The notes beneath the pieces are model-generated. The model worked only from the letters and a program-made list of their open reading frames with translations. It was not told the DNA's origin and made no database searches. A stretch of DNA of 64,000 nt from Octopus vulgaris (lineage: Eukaryota), in contig OX597829.1 of NCBI GenBank assembly GCA_951406725.2, positions 32,984,001-33,048,000 of the forward strand. The letters run 5' to 3'. Of this stretch, positions 24,681-38,112 are shown in pieces. The stretch's first letter is position 1, and each line of letters opens with the position of its first letter. The translations under genes and the position numbers were made by a program.

Positions 24681-26013
24681 AGTTTAACCCTATGTTTATC
24701 CTTACCATCAACTGCTTTTGTGAATTACTTCGAAATTCTTCTCAAATAATATTTTGAAGTTAACACCTTAAACCTTTAACTATTACATCTTTATTAACTA
24801 AACCCTTTCTCTCCACCAAAAAGAGACCTAGACATTAAAAATTAATATTATATAAGAACAGTAGACAGAATATGAAACAATTCAATTTCTTAACTACAGT
24901 TTCTGAGCTTAAAACCTCATTGTTTTTTTTTGTTTTGTTTTGTTTTTTTACATTTCATTATCTTAATACAATTCACATCTGCAACCTGCTACACATTTGT
25001 TACATCAAGTGAACCACTGTGTGGTCACTTACCCTGATAGAAATATCACACACATCTCTTGTCAAATCACACCTAATGTTTAGTGAGAAAGAGAAACCAA
25101 GAGAGACATACATACAAGCAAAGAATTGGTAGAGTCATTAGAGTGTTGGCCAAGTCACTTGACCTCTATCATTGCTTCAGTTGCGATATGCTATGGACAA
25201 TTCTCAGAAAAGTTGGTTGTTCCAATGAATTTACAAATATCATCACATCTTTACTTGATGATATTGTTGGTATTGGTGAAGCAATACTTGAACCCACTTC
25301 CACTTCCAGTCAGTGGTGATATAACTGCTCTTACTCTATTTGCCTTATATTTCACTGCAGTTTTCAATCCCTTTCAAAGACACACAACTAGTAAATTATT
25401 TGAACTAAAACAACTTAATCTTAAAGCATACACTTTTGCATTCTTAATAAGAGATTTTCACAAAAGAGCATGCTTTATTTTATATCAGATCAGTGGTTTT
25501 CATTTAGTTGTTCTCAATATTTTTAACTCTCTCCAATATTTTTTGGATTCAGTCTCAATTTTTATTATTTTTTCTAACTTTATTTTAAGGTTTTCTAGTG
25601 ACCACAACTTGCTTTTTGAAGACAGTATGTGGTTAATAAGCTTGATGTTTTAGAAAGCTAATTTCCATAACATCCTTTTTTGTTGAATGCTTTCTGGAAT
25701 CCACCATATTTTTCATGCAGATGATTTTTCTTCAGAGTCTTTGAAGTAACAGCTTTATACTGGGTCAATAGGATTTTTTCCTCCTTCAGTTTCTCTTTTA
25801 TTTCTTCTTTCTTCAGATTTTCCCTTCTCTGTATTTCTAATTTTTTTCTCCCTCTCTCACACACACACATACACAAACAAACACTAAAAACAAAACTACA
25901 CTCAAAGCAAGCACAAACACATTCATTTCTTTCTTGCCCATCTCCCTTAACTATGTATAGACAATATACACTGGAACATTAATTATTAATATTGCACATT
26001 TAAAAAATCATAC

Positions 26014-26043
26014 CTTTTGTAAATTATATAGTTTCAAATACCA
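26014..26043 (-). CDS. Candidate 30-bp microexon (WYLKLYNLQK), unidentified host gene
   Basis: Acceptor ttttctaccttcag, donor AAG|gtatga, phase 0-0. Confidence 0.45.
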
Positions 26044-26304
26044 CTGAAGGTAGAAAATAATTTCTTTCATTATTTCATATTTTAATTTGTTTATAATTGA
26101 AAAATATTCAGGCATTATATGTTCGATGAATCAGACTTGATTTTTAAGAAAAATTTGTCTGATATTCCTAACAAGTCAACTAACCACTTGGAGGTGTCCC
26201 TTGTTGGTTTATCTGTTCTGATTCTTTAAGTGTTGACCATAAACAAGCCATAACTTTATGTTTGATAGAATTATGATGATCAGCCAAATACCAAAATGAC
26301 TCAC

Positions 26305-26345
26305 CAAAATGAGTACTTCTGTCTTTGAAGAAAGAAATCTTAAAT
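26305..26345 (-). CDS. Candidate 41-bp exon (xLRFLSSKTEVLIL), in frame with 26014-26043
   Basis: Acceptor poly-T-ccag, donor TTG|gtgagt; 261-bp GT-AG intron. Confidence 0.45.
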
Positions 26346-27906
26346 CTGGAAAAAAAAAGTTAAAAAGTAAAATGTGTTAAAACCGAAACAACTATGTCGT
26401 TGGAGAGCCATTTTAATCATCCAAAAACACAGAAAAGCTGATAAATTCACTTTAAATTGATTTTATGTGGTGTCAAATTTTTGTCATGCAACTGCAATCT
26501 AACAGTGTTCAACTGCCAGTTGTATGTGTTTCAGCAACCAGATCACAATGGTAAGTTAGAAATTTCAATATTTCATGCAAAGTAAATAAAACAATTTTTT
26601 GTTTTTAAATAGTTAAAATGGTTCATCTAGGATTGCAAAACATAAAATTCTTAACATTAAAAAAAATTTATCAGTAGATAATTTAACATTCCAATATAAT
26701 TCTAAATGAAAGTAATATGAAAAAACATAGTTTACTTTCCATGTGGATGAGTAGTAAAAGCATTTACCAAAGATTTTACTAGAATAAAGCAATTAGTTTT
26801 TAGAATAAGAATTGTGATATGAAATCAAGCTTTCAAATTGCTATTAATGAAATAAATCAAGTATGTTCCTTTCTAGTTTCCTTCCCTTTTGATTTTACTC
26901 TAAACCTCCTTTTTTTCTTATACCATTTCCTTCTTCTCCATCTTCTTTGTCTCCTACCCCTCTCCTCCGACTTCTTTTGCCTCTTTTTTCCCTCTCCATG
27001 TTATCATAATTATCTTTTAGTTTCATTCATCTCTTTAACCTTTTTCCATTATTGTTGTCATGTTCAGTCCTGTGTATAAATCTTTATCCATGGGTTTGTT
27101 ATACTAATTATCATGTATACAAATATAAAAAAAATAGCTGAAAAACTCAAAAATATATACTCTAAAATCTTTTATACAAAATATTTGTAGCAATGTGAGA
27201 CTTTCATTTTTTTCCTTGCTCCCTTCCATCCTTTTCACGTTATATATGTTTATACATGTAATACATGTTATATATGTTCACAAGGAATGCTGGGGATCAA
27301 ATAGTCTGGTAGAGAAAAGCCAGAGAGAGATAAGTGGTAGCAAAGTGGAAGGGCATGAACTCAAGATACAGGGGGGGATCAGAATATAAATGGTAGGGTA
27401 TTGCCAAGGTGCATGAATAGGAAGTAGAGACTTCACATGAATACAAAGAGTGTGAGGTGGGGTATGCAATGACTGGTAAAACCTGGGCATATAGAGGAGA
27501 TGGGGGATAACAGGATAGCAATGATACAGTGAGCAGGGCAGTGAGGACAAGATTGGAGAGCAAGAGATAAGCATAAGCATAGTGCATGAAAAGAGGAAAT
27601 GTGAGGAAGAAGAGAAATGATGTAGTTTGTTAAGGTAGGGTGTCAGCAGAAATAAAACAGTATTTAGAACTATAAGAATTCCTTCTTCAAGGGCTTGGTA
27701 TGTTAGCTGCAGGATATGTTAGCATGGTTCAACAGTAAAACAGGAACAATTTTTGTGGAGAATGTATCTGAATTGTAAGAATGGTAGTAGTGATGCTGAT
27801 GGTGCTCATTAGTAGTGAGGGAGAGAGATGGGGGAAAGCAAATGTTATATTGGCAAACAAGTTAGTAAATGAAGTGCAAAAGATGGTGATAGTGGTGGTA
27901 GTTTAA

Positions 27907-28106
27907 CCTTTTAGCATTCACATTATTCTGTCAAAAATAATTGTTTTGAATTAATCATGCATTGTCTTGTAGCCTTAAGATTCTGATGAGGTAACTTAAT
28001 TTTTAGAATGATATTGTAGGGTTGGTGTGAGGCCAGATCTGACCAGTTTGAACATAAAATGGATAGAATATTTTGACCAGATATAACCAGTTTAAATACC
28101 AAATGG
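27907..28106. mobile_element. piggyBac-type MITE
   Basis: TTAA|cc...gg|TTAA ends with short imperfect TIRs. Confidence 0.55.
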
Positions 28107-28439
28107 TTAATGGTCATAATAGTGATGGTATTCTTAAAAAGAAAAGATATAAAAGAGAATAAAATATAATGTTGGTTGTAATGCCAGTTGTAATAGTAGC
28201 TGATAAAACTTGGGGTAGAAACATTGAAGTTGAAAAAAGGCTTCATGTTACAGAATTTCACATTGAAGCAAGATTTTCAGAAATATGTTTCCATAGCACA
28301 GTGCATGGCCGTACCTTTCTAAGTAAGACAGTCTTTAAAACATAGATTTAAATGACAAATCAAGTATTGTTTCTCAAAAATGTATTTCCAAAGATAGAAA
28401 TCTGGAATGGAGCCATCCAGAAGTAGGTAGGGGGGAGGG

Positions 28440-28600
28440 GTTGTGTGGATTCAACATAGCCAAATGGTTAAGTTCACTTCTCAACCATGTGATCCTGGGT
28501 CTGGTCCCACTGTGTGACATCCTGGGCAAATATCATTTTGTAGCCTCACACTGACTCAGATCTTGTGAGTGAAATTGGCTAGACTCTATAGAAGCCTGTC
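28440..28600 (+). mobile_element. Degenerate tRNA-derived SINE (family of 53476)
   Basis: gtcccactgtgtgacatcctgggcaa...cttgtgagtgaaattgg core. Confidence 0.5.
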
Positions 28601-28754
28601 AAGTGGATTTTACCTATAGTTCATGAAGAACACCCTCATTACATGTGTTACACTGAATCTTCAAGAATTATGCTAAGGAATACTCAACTACCACCTAGAT
28701 AACTACCTACATACATTCATACATATACACACATTCATATTTATATATATATAT

Positions 28755-29159
28755 TAAATTAATAATAAGAATAGAGAATTATATATCCAGTTTTATTTTA
28801 CTATCAATCATGTCTTTCCATTTCTACACCTACACTGAAAAATTTTACTTCTTGGTGTACATTTTAGTGTTAATTGCCGCTTCTTCAAGGTGCTTTTAAC
28901 AGTGTTTCGGATCTCATCTGAGCTAAGTATTAGTCCAACTCCCAAAAATTTGAACTAGTATTTAGTTAAGATAAGATCTGAAATGATGTAAATAGCACCC
29001 TGAAGAAGTAACAATTAACACTAAAATGCACACCAAGAAGTAAAATTTTGCTGTACACACGAAAATGCAGCAGAAACATATGTAGGTACAGAAATGGAAA
29101 GATGTGATTCACAGGAGAATAAAACTGGATATAAATCTTTATTCCCCTTATTAATTTAT
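28755..29159. repeat. Degenerate foldback (arms ~28755-28894 / 28994-29159) containing a hammerhead motif
   Basis: aaaattttacttcttggtgtacattttagtgttaattg pairs with caattaacactaaaatgcacaccaagaagtaaaatttt. Confidence 0.85.
28997..29087 (+). ncRNA. Hammerhead-like motif (weak stem II)
   Basis: acc-CTGAAGA-ag...gca-GAAA-CATATG-TA-ggt. Confidence 0.6.
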
Positions 29160-29479
29160 CATTTCTTCTCTACTGACAGCATGCAGTCTCTGTAGAAACA
29201 TATTTATCAATGTGAAGATATACTGTGGATAGTAAAATAAACTGGAGTTTTACTACACTCACAGAGGTTAACCAGCATTATTGACTAATAAACTCTAATA
29301 CAGTACCCACTAGGATTGTATATCCCTACCAACCTAATTTGGAAACTTACCTATATATAATGATGACGCTGATAGTTGGCCCTACAAATTTGATTATGAC
29401 CTAATAACAGCAAAAATAGTGAACTAAATAAACATTGGAGCTACATCAACAGGAAAGGTTGGTAGCACTCCTAATGTCA

Positions 29480-30100
29480 TTATTGATGTTTCTCAATGTG
29501 TTTGCTTGCTAGACTGATTTTGGATTTGGCTGGGTTAAGCAGGCGACATTTGGCAAAGTTCAGTTTATGATCTTTGACAGTCATGAAGACATTTCTTTTA
29601 ACTAAGATCGCTACCCTGTCAGCTATATGGTTGGTTAATTGTTTGGCTTCACTGTTGATGTTGTAGTATGTGTGTGGGGGGAAGCACATCTATAATTCTG
29701 TGTAATGATGTTTTCTAGCAGCCTATTGTAATTAAGGGTGTTTATCCTATACAGGATTTTAGTCTTATTTGAGAAGATTAAGGACCTATCCGAGTTTTTT
29801 AGCAGTCTAATGTCAGCACAAAGTTTATGTTGGAAGGAGAAAGAGGACTTACAGAATTTTAGCTTGCAAATGATGCCCAGTAGAGCCACTTTGAAGGGCT
29901 TGAGGTCCTTGATCTTGGGTGGGTAGTTCCTAGATTTGATCCCATAGGTATTGCTCTCCAGGGATGGTGTGGCTAGGTCATGGTAGAAAGCTTTCCATCC
30001 CATTTGCCTTATTACATCCATCATTTTTTCTAGCAGCATCTAAGCAGCTCATTAGATGGTGTAGTACTTCTTAGTGAACTAGCCAAGGTCAAAACGTTCC
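29480..30100 (-). pseudogene. Penelope-like element (Naiad/Chlamys-type) RT N-terminal remnant
   Basis: FMTVKDHKLNF..CRLLNPAKS, IRQMGWKAFY, YGIKS, LIFSNKT..YRI. Confidence 0.7.
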
Positions 30101-30863
30101 ATATTTTTGAAAGACCAAGTGGTTTCTGTAAATATGTATAAGCACGGCCTGCTTATCAGCTATTTAACACAAATCACATGGTCTTTGTAAAATACTCTGT
30201 ATATATGCACACATGCATCTGTGTGTGTGTGTGTGTGTGTGTGTGTGCATGTATGTATATATAAATATTTGAATTTGTAAATAAACAGGCCAACAACATC
30301 CAATGTCTCTGGCTCGCCAATATTTTATTTGAAATCTTCTGTGTTTGTTTACACACCTTATTTACCAAAATTTATTTTAAATAAGATATTTTTGTATAAG
30401 CACCAACTTAATAAACTATTTTCAGTGAAAAAAGAAGTTCAGTGATTCAAAATTCAAGGGAGCAAAGTTCAAAAGTAAGGATTAAGCAGAAGGATTAACA
30501 CAACTAAGATGAAACTTTTACGTATTCTCCCTACCTGCTAGAAATAGCAGCCAAATTTTCTTTAAACTACACTGAAGTGGCAAAAAAAGCAAAATAGAGG
30601 AAACTTACAAAAGAATGAGAGGATCCACATTTTATTTTACATCCTTGTATCATTCTATAATTTCACTTCCAATTTAATATTCAGTTTTTTGTTTTTTTTC
30701 AGTTCATTTTAATTTATATAATTTGTGCACATAACACAACTTTTTTTTATTTATGTTTATTCTAGGATCACTACCCACAAATCAAATTAAATGAACAGCT
30801 TTTTTAAAAACATATGTGTATGTGTGAACATATATTTTAAGTATATATATATATATATATATA

Positions 30864-32046
30864 CTAGCTGAAGGTGACCCGCTCTATGCGCGGGTAAGAG
30901 TGTGGTTGTTACTTTCTGTTGCTTCCTTTCAGCACGTAAAAAGCACCATCCGAACGTGGCCGATTGCAGCGCCGCCTTGAATGGCTTCTGTGCCGGTGGC
31001 ACGTAAAAAGCACCAACCGACTGTGGCCGCTGCCAGCCCCCCTGGCACCTGTGCCGGTGGCACGAAAAAAGCACTCACTACACTCACAAAGTGGTTGGCG
31101 TTAGGAAGGGCATCCACCTGTAGAAACACTGCCAGATCAGACTGGAGCCTGGTGCAGCCTCCTGGCTTCCCAGACCCCGGTCAAACTGTCCAACCCGTGC
31201 TAGCACGGAAAATGGACGTTAAACGATGATGATGATGATGATGATGATTCTCCCTCTTTGTTTCTCTCTCACTTTCCCCACTCTCTTACTCTTCCTTTCT
31301 CTCGGACTCTCCCTCGCTTTCTCTTACTCTCTATCTTTATGTATCTCTCTCCCATTTATAAACAACAAAAGCTCTTGAGTAAGTTGAGAAATAAAATATT
31401 TAGAAAGATCAATCATAAATATCAGGCAGTAACAACGGAAAGGTCTGCTTCAAGGCAGACAGCAAAACACTAACATTTAAAAGGGACAGACGAACTTGCA
31501 AGCTGAATAAAAATAATAAAATATTGGAAACCAAAGTTTGAAGGGATAGAATCTGAGGGTAGTAGAGTCAGCATGGCTGGCATTTCTTAATGACGGACAG
31601 CAACGTTTTGACAGTTTAACGGCTGGCGTAAAATTTTGAACTTGATGTAAAAGAAAATCCCTAAACACCAAGTTTTGAAGTGATTCTTTTTCATGACAGT
31701 AGACTCACCATGGCAAGCATTCAAAACTTCTTCATCATGGACGGTAACACATTGACGATTAAAAGGCTAGCGCAAATTTCTTAGCTTGATGTAACAGAGA
31801 ATTCCTAAACACCCGCTCCTTTAAATTTTAATCCCCTTCCAGCCCCATTTAGACCCCTTTTCACATTTTGGTTAATATAACCCTATTTCATTCGGGTCTA
31901 CTGGGGCCACATTTTATAAGATGAGGAATTTTGTCCTAGAGGTCACGCCTTTCATTTGAGGAAAAAAAATAGTTGTCATGCAAACTTGCCAGCACTTTTA
32001 ACATAGGTCTGCATATTTTCAGCTCAACCGACCACATAATGCACAC

Positions 32047-32101
<55 letters not shown>

Positions 32102-32871
32102 GTGTGTGTGTGTTGGAGTCTCTCTCATACGTGAGCGTTGACGCTGAATTCGACTGGTAAGCAGGTAACCTTGTCTTTGTTGAAATAGTTGTGAGCTGCT
32201 GGAGTTATTTCTCTGACGGGTAATAGGAATTTCCATATCCTCCGAGGAAACGAACTGTTGACCCAGACAATTATAATTAATTTTAATTAAAGCATCAATT
32301 TAAGAAAAAATAATAAAGTAGTAAAAAATGAAAATTTAGCACGAAAAATTTGCAGGGTTCTAAATAAATGTTAAAATGTAATAGATACGAAAAACCTACG
32401 TTATCACCAGAACACGAACGCTCGTTGGTGTGTTCTGTTTGTATTTGCTCCATCGGCGCGTTGACAGGAAGACAATAGAATGCGATGGCGAGATTCATAA
32501 TATTTGTTGTCATGATTGTGTGGTGTTAGTGGTGGTGATGATAATTCTCTGTATGAATGCAAACAGATACATAAAAGAACGCCGTTTGACGAAGTGAAAG
32601 TGATGGGAAGGTAGGAAATAGAGTGAGTGAAAAAGTGCTGGGAAGAGAGGAAATAGCAAGAGTGAGTTGAGGAAGACAGATACATTAAAGAATGGGAGTG
32701 GACTTGTCAAAGTGGGTTTTTGGCCCTAGCAACGACACCTTTTAAGATAGGGATTTCTAACATAGTCCACGGGCATCGTCACCTCATTTTACATGTCCCT
32801 GTAAATTTTGGAGTCAATCTGACGGGATGTAGTGGCCTTGAAAGCGATCCAAGCGGTCCAAACGCATTTCC

Positions 32872-32880
<9 letters not shown>
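30864..32880 (-). mobile_element. Non-autonomous Helitron with nested insertions
   Basis: CTAG end at 30864 with an acccgc...gcgggt hairpin; the opposite end catttccgttttatatata resembles the other Helitron 5' ends. Confidence 0.5.
30932..31248 (+). mobile_element. Severely 5'-truncated RTE (3' UTR only)
   Basis: Same terminal block as 5140-5326, with a (GAT)8 tail. Confidence 0.85.
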
Positions 32881-32908
<28 letters not shown>

Positions 32909-33399
32909 CGAGAGAAAGAGAGAGACTTGGCTCTGGATGTGTCTAGGGTGTGACTAAACTGCAACCAGCTGTGGAACCCTGGAACCCTGGTACAGGAGTT
33001 CCAGGCTTTTGAGGAGTGTAGAACTACCTCTTAACCACTATTGTTCCCAGGTATACTCTGACCCGGAATAATAGCACCCATTTGAGTCCCAGGTATGGGT
33101 TAACTAGCATGTCAACTAAGCCCTTTCTTATCTTCCTTCTTTTGTCAAATCTAGAACAGCATCTGGAAGCTGCTCTGATCACACACCCTCTGCATCTGTG
33201 GCATTCAGCAGCATGTGTGTTTTGTTCTGTTATTAGCAACAACAGGACAAAGCCAAGTGGGCTGGCAGTAAAGTAACTTTTTACAGTTTAATTTTTAAAC
33301 GTCACTTTCTAAGGCTGGGATGCAAATTATTTTTTAATTAGGGGATGTAAATTTTGATTTTGTGCTCCCCACAGAAAAAAAAAATTAAAGGTTGCAAGT

Positions 33400-34900
33400 G
33401 CAGTAATGTCATGACAAGGAAAGGGCTATGGTTTTTGGATTGGAAGCCTCAGAGCCAGACGAAGGAAAGATCTGATCATCCGATGGTCTGTGCAACATTC
33501 AGCACCCCTCATACCATAGCATGAGTGATCAAGACATCTTTATAATCCCTTTGTTGAACAATCACATAATCAAGAAAGTACCAGGATTTGGATCGAGGAT
33601 GCATCTAGAATTTGTAGATTGTTGGAAGCTGCAATACTGTGTTGTAATGACCAGTTTATATTGGGAACAGAGGATTAAAAGATTAAGGTCATTGGTGTTC
33701 ATTCTGCTAACACTATGATGACTAATAACTCCAGGCCAGATGAGATAACTTTCACCAAACCTGGCATTGAAATCACTAAGTAATATGATCAGAATGGGTA
33801 TCTTTCAGATGACGTTGTCCAGAGTAATGTAGAACCTATCCTTGGCTTCTTCAGCAGGGTACAAAGTGAGCACATAGGCACAGATGACAATGGCACATTG
33901 GCCTTTGGAGAGAGCAAGCTGCAGCATGATGAGAAATTCAACAAGAAGTTCTGCCATCTTATTTGCAATGGATATCTTCACAGTGAAAGCCATTCCATGA
34001 GTCCTATCGTTGCCATCAGGGACAGCCTTCAAATAGAATGCATATCTGTTTCTTTATTGCCCACAAGGGGCTAAATATAGAGGGGACAAACAAGGACAGA
34101 CAAACGGATTAAGTCGATTACATCGACCCCAGTGCGTAACTGGTACTTAATTTATCGACCCTGAAAGGACGGAAGGCAAAGTTGACCTCGCCGCAATTTG
34201 AACTCAGAACGCAACGACAGATGCAATACCGCTAAGCATTTCGCCCAGTGTGCTAACGTTTCTGCCAGCTCGCCGCCTTTGAATGCATATCCCTTTCCCT
34301 GTTCAGTGAGAGAGCCTGCTGAGAAGCACACTAAGGGCCACTATGTCCATGTCATAGAATTCCAGCTCAGATGCAACCAGAGCAGTCCTTCAATGAGGTT
34401 GATCTGAGGTAGGAAGATCAAGTAAAGTTCTGACATTCCAGGAAGCAACTGGTAGTTTGCTGACAGGGCAGAAGCTTTGCATGAGCAACCTTTTCTAAGA
34501 TGTTCCTCGGATTGAGGTAAACAGAACCTTCCCTAAATAGGGCTGCCTAGACACTTGGACAGGATCCCAGGTGCAAACTTCTGTGACCATCATACTTATG
34601 CTGCCATCGTGCAAGCTTCCAGCATCATCCATACTTGGCTCCATCAGCTGCTCATCGCTGATGGGCCTGGGAATGGGAGAAAAAAGGGAGGAAAATATAG
34701 GAAGGATGCTGAGATAGATTGAAGTCTGCTCACAGATTTGTTTCTAGTGATGAGAAGGGCATGCAGTTCTTCACAGCACAACTTGACTTATCCACATCTG
34801 GTTCAGTGGCAAGACAGAGATCCAGAATGACTGGGGTCATAGACAAGCTGCAGTGAGCTGCAGCATCCACATTATGTAATGGGGCATCTTTCAAAGATTT
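33400..34900 (-). mobile_element. Degraded BovB-like RTE 5' part (endonuclease), interrupted by a SINE
   Basis: HGMAFTVK, ICAYVLTL..EEAKDRFY. Boundaries approximate. Confidence 0.6.
34047..34280 (-). mobile_element. tRNA-derived SINE (Nin/Deu-like core), full length
   Basis: ggcggcgagctggcag head, gagttcaaat B-box, cctttcagggtcgataaattaagtaccag core, gccccttgtgggcaataaaga tail; TSD gaatgcatatc. Confidence 0.9.
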
Positions 34901-35845
34901 CTTTGCTGCACATAAATTTAGATATCGACTAACACATTGGTTCTCAAAGTGACAAATACCAGGCCCACAAAAAATATGTCAATTAAAGTTTGGAAACATC
35001 TCGACTTTATTAATGAGAAAACATCTATATAACCTTTCATTCTTCACTAAGTTTTGAAAAGTTGGAAACCATTTAAATTTTTTTAAACATGACTCTTTGT
35101 CTGCATCCTTTCAAATTTTCACAACCCTTATGGTAACCTGGCTTACCTTATGAAAAACATGGTACCAATGGATATTTGTCTGGTACTGGAGACTTTATAT
35201 TTGTTGTTCTCAGTATTCTCAATGGATGCCATGAAGTTTTATATAAGACAAACAAGACATAAGTGTAACCCTCGAGAACAGATTTGTGGACACAGAGGGG
35301 AAACAGGGAACCAGGCACAGCAGCAAAGCTGAGTATAATGGGATCGTTGTGTGTTTGTGTGAATTGGGTACAGAATTGAGGACAGAATAACCAATTTTTT
35401 CCTTGTGTAATCTACAGAGAGAGCTCTTTGGTTGAATTATCAGCATAAATAAATGATTTTATATTTTGTTCCTAGTTTTATGAAATAAATTCCAAACTGC
35501 ATTGCTGTGACTTTCCGAGCAGGGGCCTCAGTTGCCTTAAAAATGTGAGGGGGACAAACCAACATTTGTTGATTCTTAAAAGGAGCGTGTATTGCTGATT
35601 GTGCCTTTCCCGAACCCTATCACATAAGTAAAATTTTACGCTAATTAAATTTTATATATTCAAATGAATTCATACCAAATAAACAAAAAATAAAACGTTT
35701 GAATAAAAAAAAATAAAGTAAATTTACTGCCTTTTAGAACTTTCCCAATGTATTATATCTTGCATCATTGCCGACAATAAATAATTTGGCAACTTCACAA
35801 CTAATCTATTTCAAAACACCTCTATGAACGTAGCATATAAGAATA

Positions 35846-36082
35846 TGTTTCTTTATTACCCACAAGGGGCTAAACATAGAGGGGACAAACAAGGACAGAC
35901 AAATGGATTAAGTCGATTACATCGACCCCAGTGCGTAACTGGTACTTAATTTATCGACCCCAAAAGGATGAAAGCAAAGTCGACCTCGGCGGAATTTGAA
36001 CTCAGAACGTAACGGCAGACGAAATACGGCTACGCAACGCATTTCGCCCGGCGTGCTAACGTTTCTGCCAGCTCGCCGCCTT
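35846..36082 (-). mobile_element. SINE, same family as 34047
   Basis: Full length; 19-bp TSD aacgtagcatataagaata. Confidence 0.9.
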
Positions 36083-36101
36083 AACGTAGCATATAAGAAT
36101 A

Positions 36102-36486
36102 CTAGCAGTATCGCCCGGCGTTGCTCAGGTTTGTAAGGGAAATAACTATAAAGCATTTTTAGAGAGTTATAGCCAAAAAATAGCAAAAAAAATGGAAAAA
36201 AATTATGGTAAATTTTTTTTGAGAGTATAAAAAGGTGGAGTTGCGTCCCCTAGACAGTTTGCGGTTTGTGTTTCTGATTCTCGACCCCATGTCGAATTTA
36301 TCGATTTTTTTCAGAACTGGGGGAACTTTTCAAAATTTTCGCTGCGTTAGTTTTGAATTATGACATTGGGCTATGTGTGTGTCAAGTTTCATCAGAATCG
36401 GTTGAAAGCCGTGGTCATGGTGAGGGTACAAGCAAACAGACATACAGAAACACGCACAGACAAACTGCCGTTTATATATAGAGAGA
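36102..36486 (-). mobile_element. Non-autonomous Helitron (3' end shared with the 16301 copy)
   Basis: Minus strand A|TC...gcaacgccgggcgatactgCTAG|T. Confidence 0.8.
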
Positions 36487-37110
36487 TGATTCAACCTTTG
36501 CTGAGTCATGGTCAACTGCAGTCAAGTTTTGAGCCTCTGCATAGTGCTAAAAGATGTTTCAGTTTCATAAGAACTGAGCAATCGCTCAACATTTGGAAAC
36601 ATGCGACGGACATCTGGTTGCATTTCACCGAATATTTTACGATGATCCTCGAGAGATGGTCCACTATGATGATTTCTATAAAAATGTATTTCATTTCTTA
36701 AAAAAAATTCATTAATCTCTGGATACTGCATGATCACTTCAGCACAAAAATTTCCACTGAGCAAAAAATATTTCTAAATTTTTCATAATCTGCTAAATCT
36801 TGTGGGAAAAAAAACCCTTTCAAATTTGCTATTACAGTATTCACTAGCTGCACTCTGAAATCACACAAAACAGCGCTGATATTGATATTTTAACGCATTT
36901 CCTTCCTGATATCTTTTAGGAACTTTTCGTTCTCTGGGTAACTAACTCTAAAGAAGAAATATCGAGTTATTAAATCATTTTTTCTGTTGTATTGAACAGC
37001 TCCCCTGAAATTTTTCTTCACTGCGTAGATCTTTTAGCTCCCCATGCACCAGTTTGACACTATGCGACATGCCACCTAGGTTGACGGTGGTACTTTGCTT
37101 TCTAATTGGG

Positions 37111-37285
37111 GTCTGCCGCTACGTTCTGAGTTCAAATTCCGCCGAGGTCGACTTTGCCTTTCATCCTTTCGGGGTCGATTAATTAAGTACCAGTTACGCA
37201 CTGGGGTCGATATAATCGACTTAATCCGTTTGTCTGTCCTTGTTTGTCCTCTCTGTGTTTAACCCCTTGTGGGTAATAAAGAATA
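37111..37285 (+). mobile_element. 5'-truncated SINE, same family as 34047
   Basis: 22-bp TSD ggtactttg(c/t)tttctaattggg. Confidence 0.9.
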
Positions 37286-37838
37286 GGTACTTTGTTTTCT
37301 AATTGGGAAAAATTTGGTACGCCCACCGCCCGAAACAAGACCCTTGTTTCCAAGTCAAGTCAAAATACCATATCTTTCTTGTTACATATAACTGTTAGCT
37401 AATAGCCATTATGTCCAACTCCATTTTATAAGAATGTCAGCACCTTATCAAATTTTCAATTTTACTCGCACACCCTCGGTTTTTATTCACACATACACAT
37501 TTTCAAAAAAGAATGGGAAGGAATTCCACTCTTAAAAATGCGAAAATTACGAAATTGAAAAACGTTTTTATAATTTCAATACCCAATTACATGTGTTAAT
37601 TTTCAACTTTCAATTTGTGAACAAAAACCAAAACTATATCGACATTTTTATCTAATAAAATCATATTAACGTTGTGTCTGGTGAGAGTCATTTTCTTTTT
37701 GTGCCTTATAACACTTTTAGGAAAATAAAAAATAAGAAAAAAAAGTGGAAATTTTACCGGTGAGTGTGTTACATAATAAGGCACAAAAAGAAAATGGCTC
37801 TCCCCAGACACGACATAATTATGCTTCAACACATGTAA

Positions 37839-38112
37839 ATGTCGCTAGAAGCTAGGATCACCAAGCATAGATTGGCATATTTCGGTCATATTATGCGGAG
37901 AAAATCCCTGGAGAAGGACATCATGCTCGGAATGGTCAGTGGCAAGAGAGGAAGAGGCCGACCAAGAACCCGCTGGCTTGACACCATCAAGAGTGATACC
38001 GGAATGGCCATGGCCAATCTGAAAGAAGCGGCCCAGGATAGAACTGACTGGAGGACATTGATCCAACGAGTGACAGAAAGTCGACTTCGACTGAGCGGAT
38101 AGAGAGATAGAT
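37839..38112 (+). mobile_element. 5'-truncated RTE 3' fragment
   Basis: LAYFGHIMRRKSLEKDIMLG..KRGRGRPRTRWLD. Confidence 0.8.

Larger units (their letters stand above)
35660..37060 (-). pseudogene. hAT transposase C-terminal dimerisation-domain remnant, split by a Helitron and a SINE
   Basis: MFPNVERLL..ETSFSTMQRLKT..TMTQQRLNH|ILICYVH once the insertions are removed. Confidence 0.7.

Noticed and set aside
25400-25876. Another decayed ORF1-like remnant or host exon on the minus strand
   Set aside because: Only vague K/E-rich similarity, multiple stops and no knuckle.
27983-28010. ctgatgag hammerhead box
   Set aside because: No downstream GAAA or stem III; it lies within a piggyBac-type MITE.
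32200-32270. Hammerhead (ctgacgg...gaaacg)
   Set aside because: The core box is mutated and there are no convincing stems.
34047-34280. tRNA gene
   Set aside because: The tRNA-like head belongs to a multi-copy SINE with TSDs; no full cloverleaf.
35147-35240. Additional minus-strand exon with a gtaagc donor
   Set aside because: No clear acceptor, and its phase is incompatible with the 26.3 kb exon reading frame.
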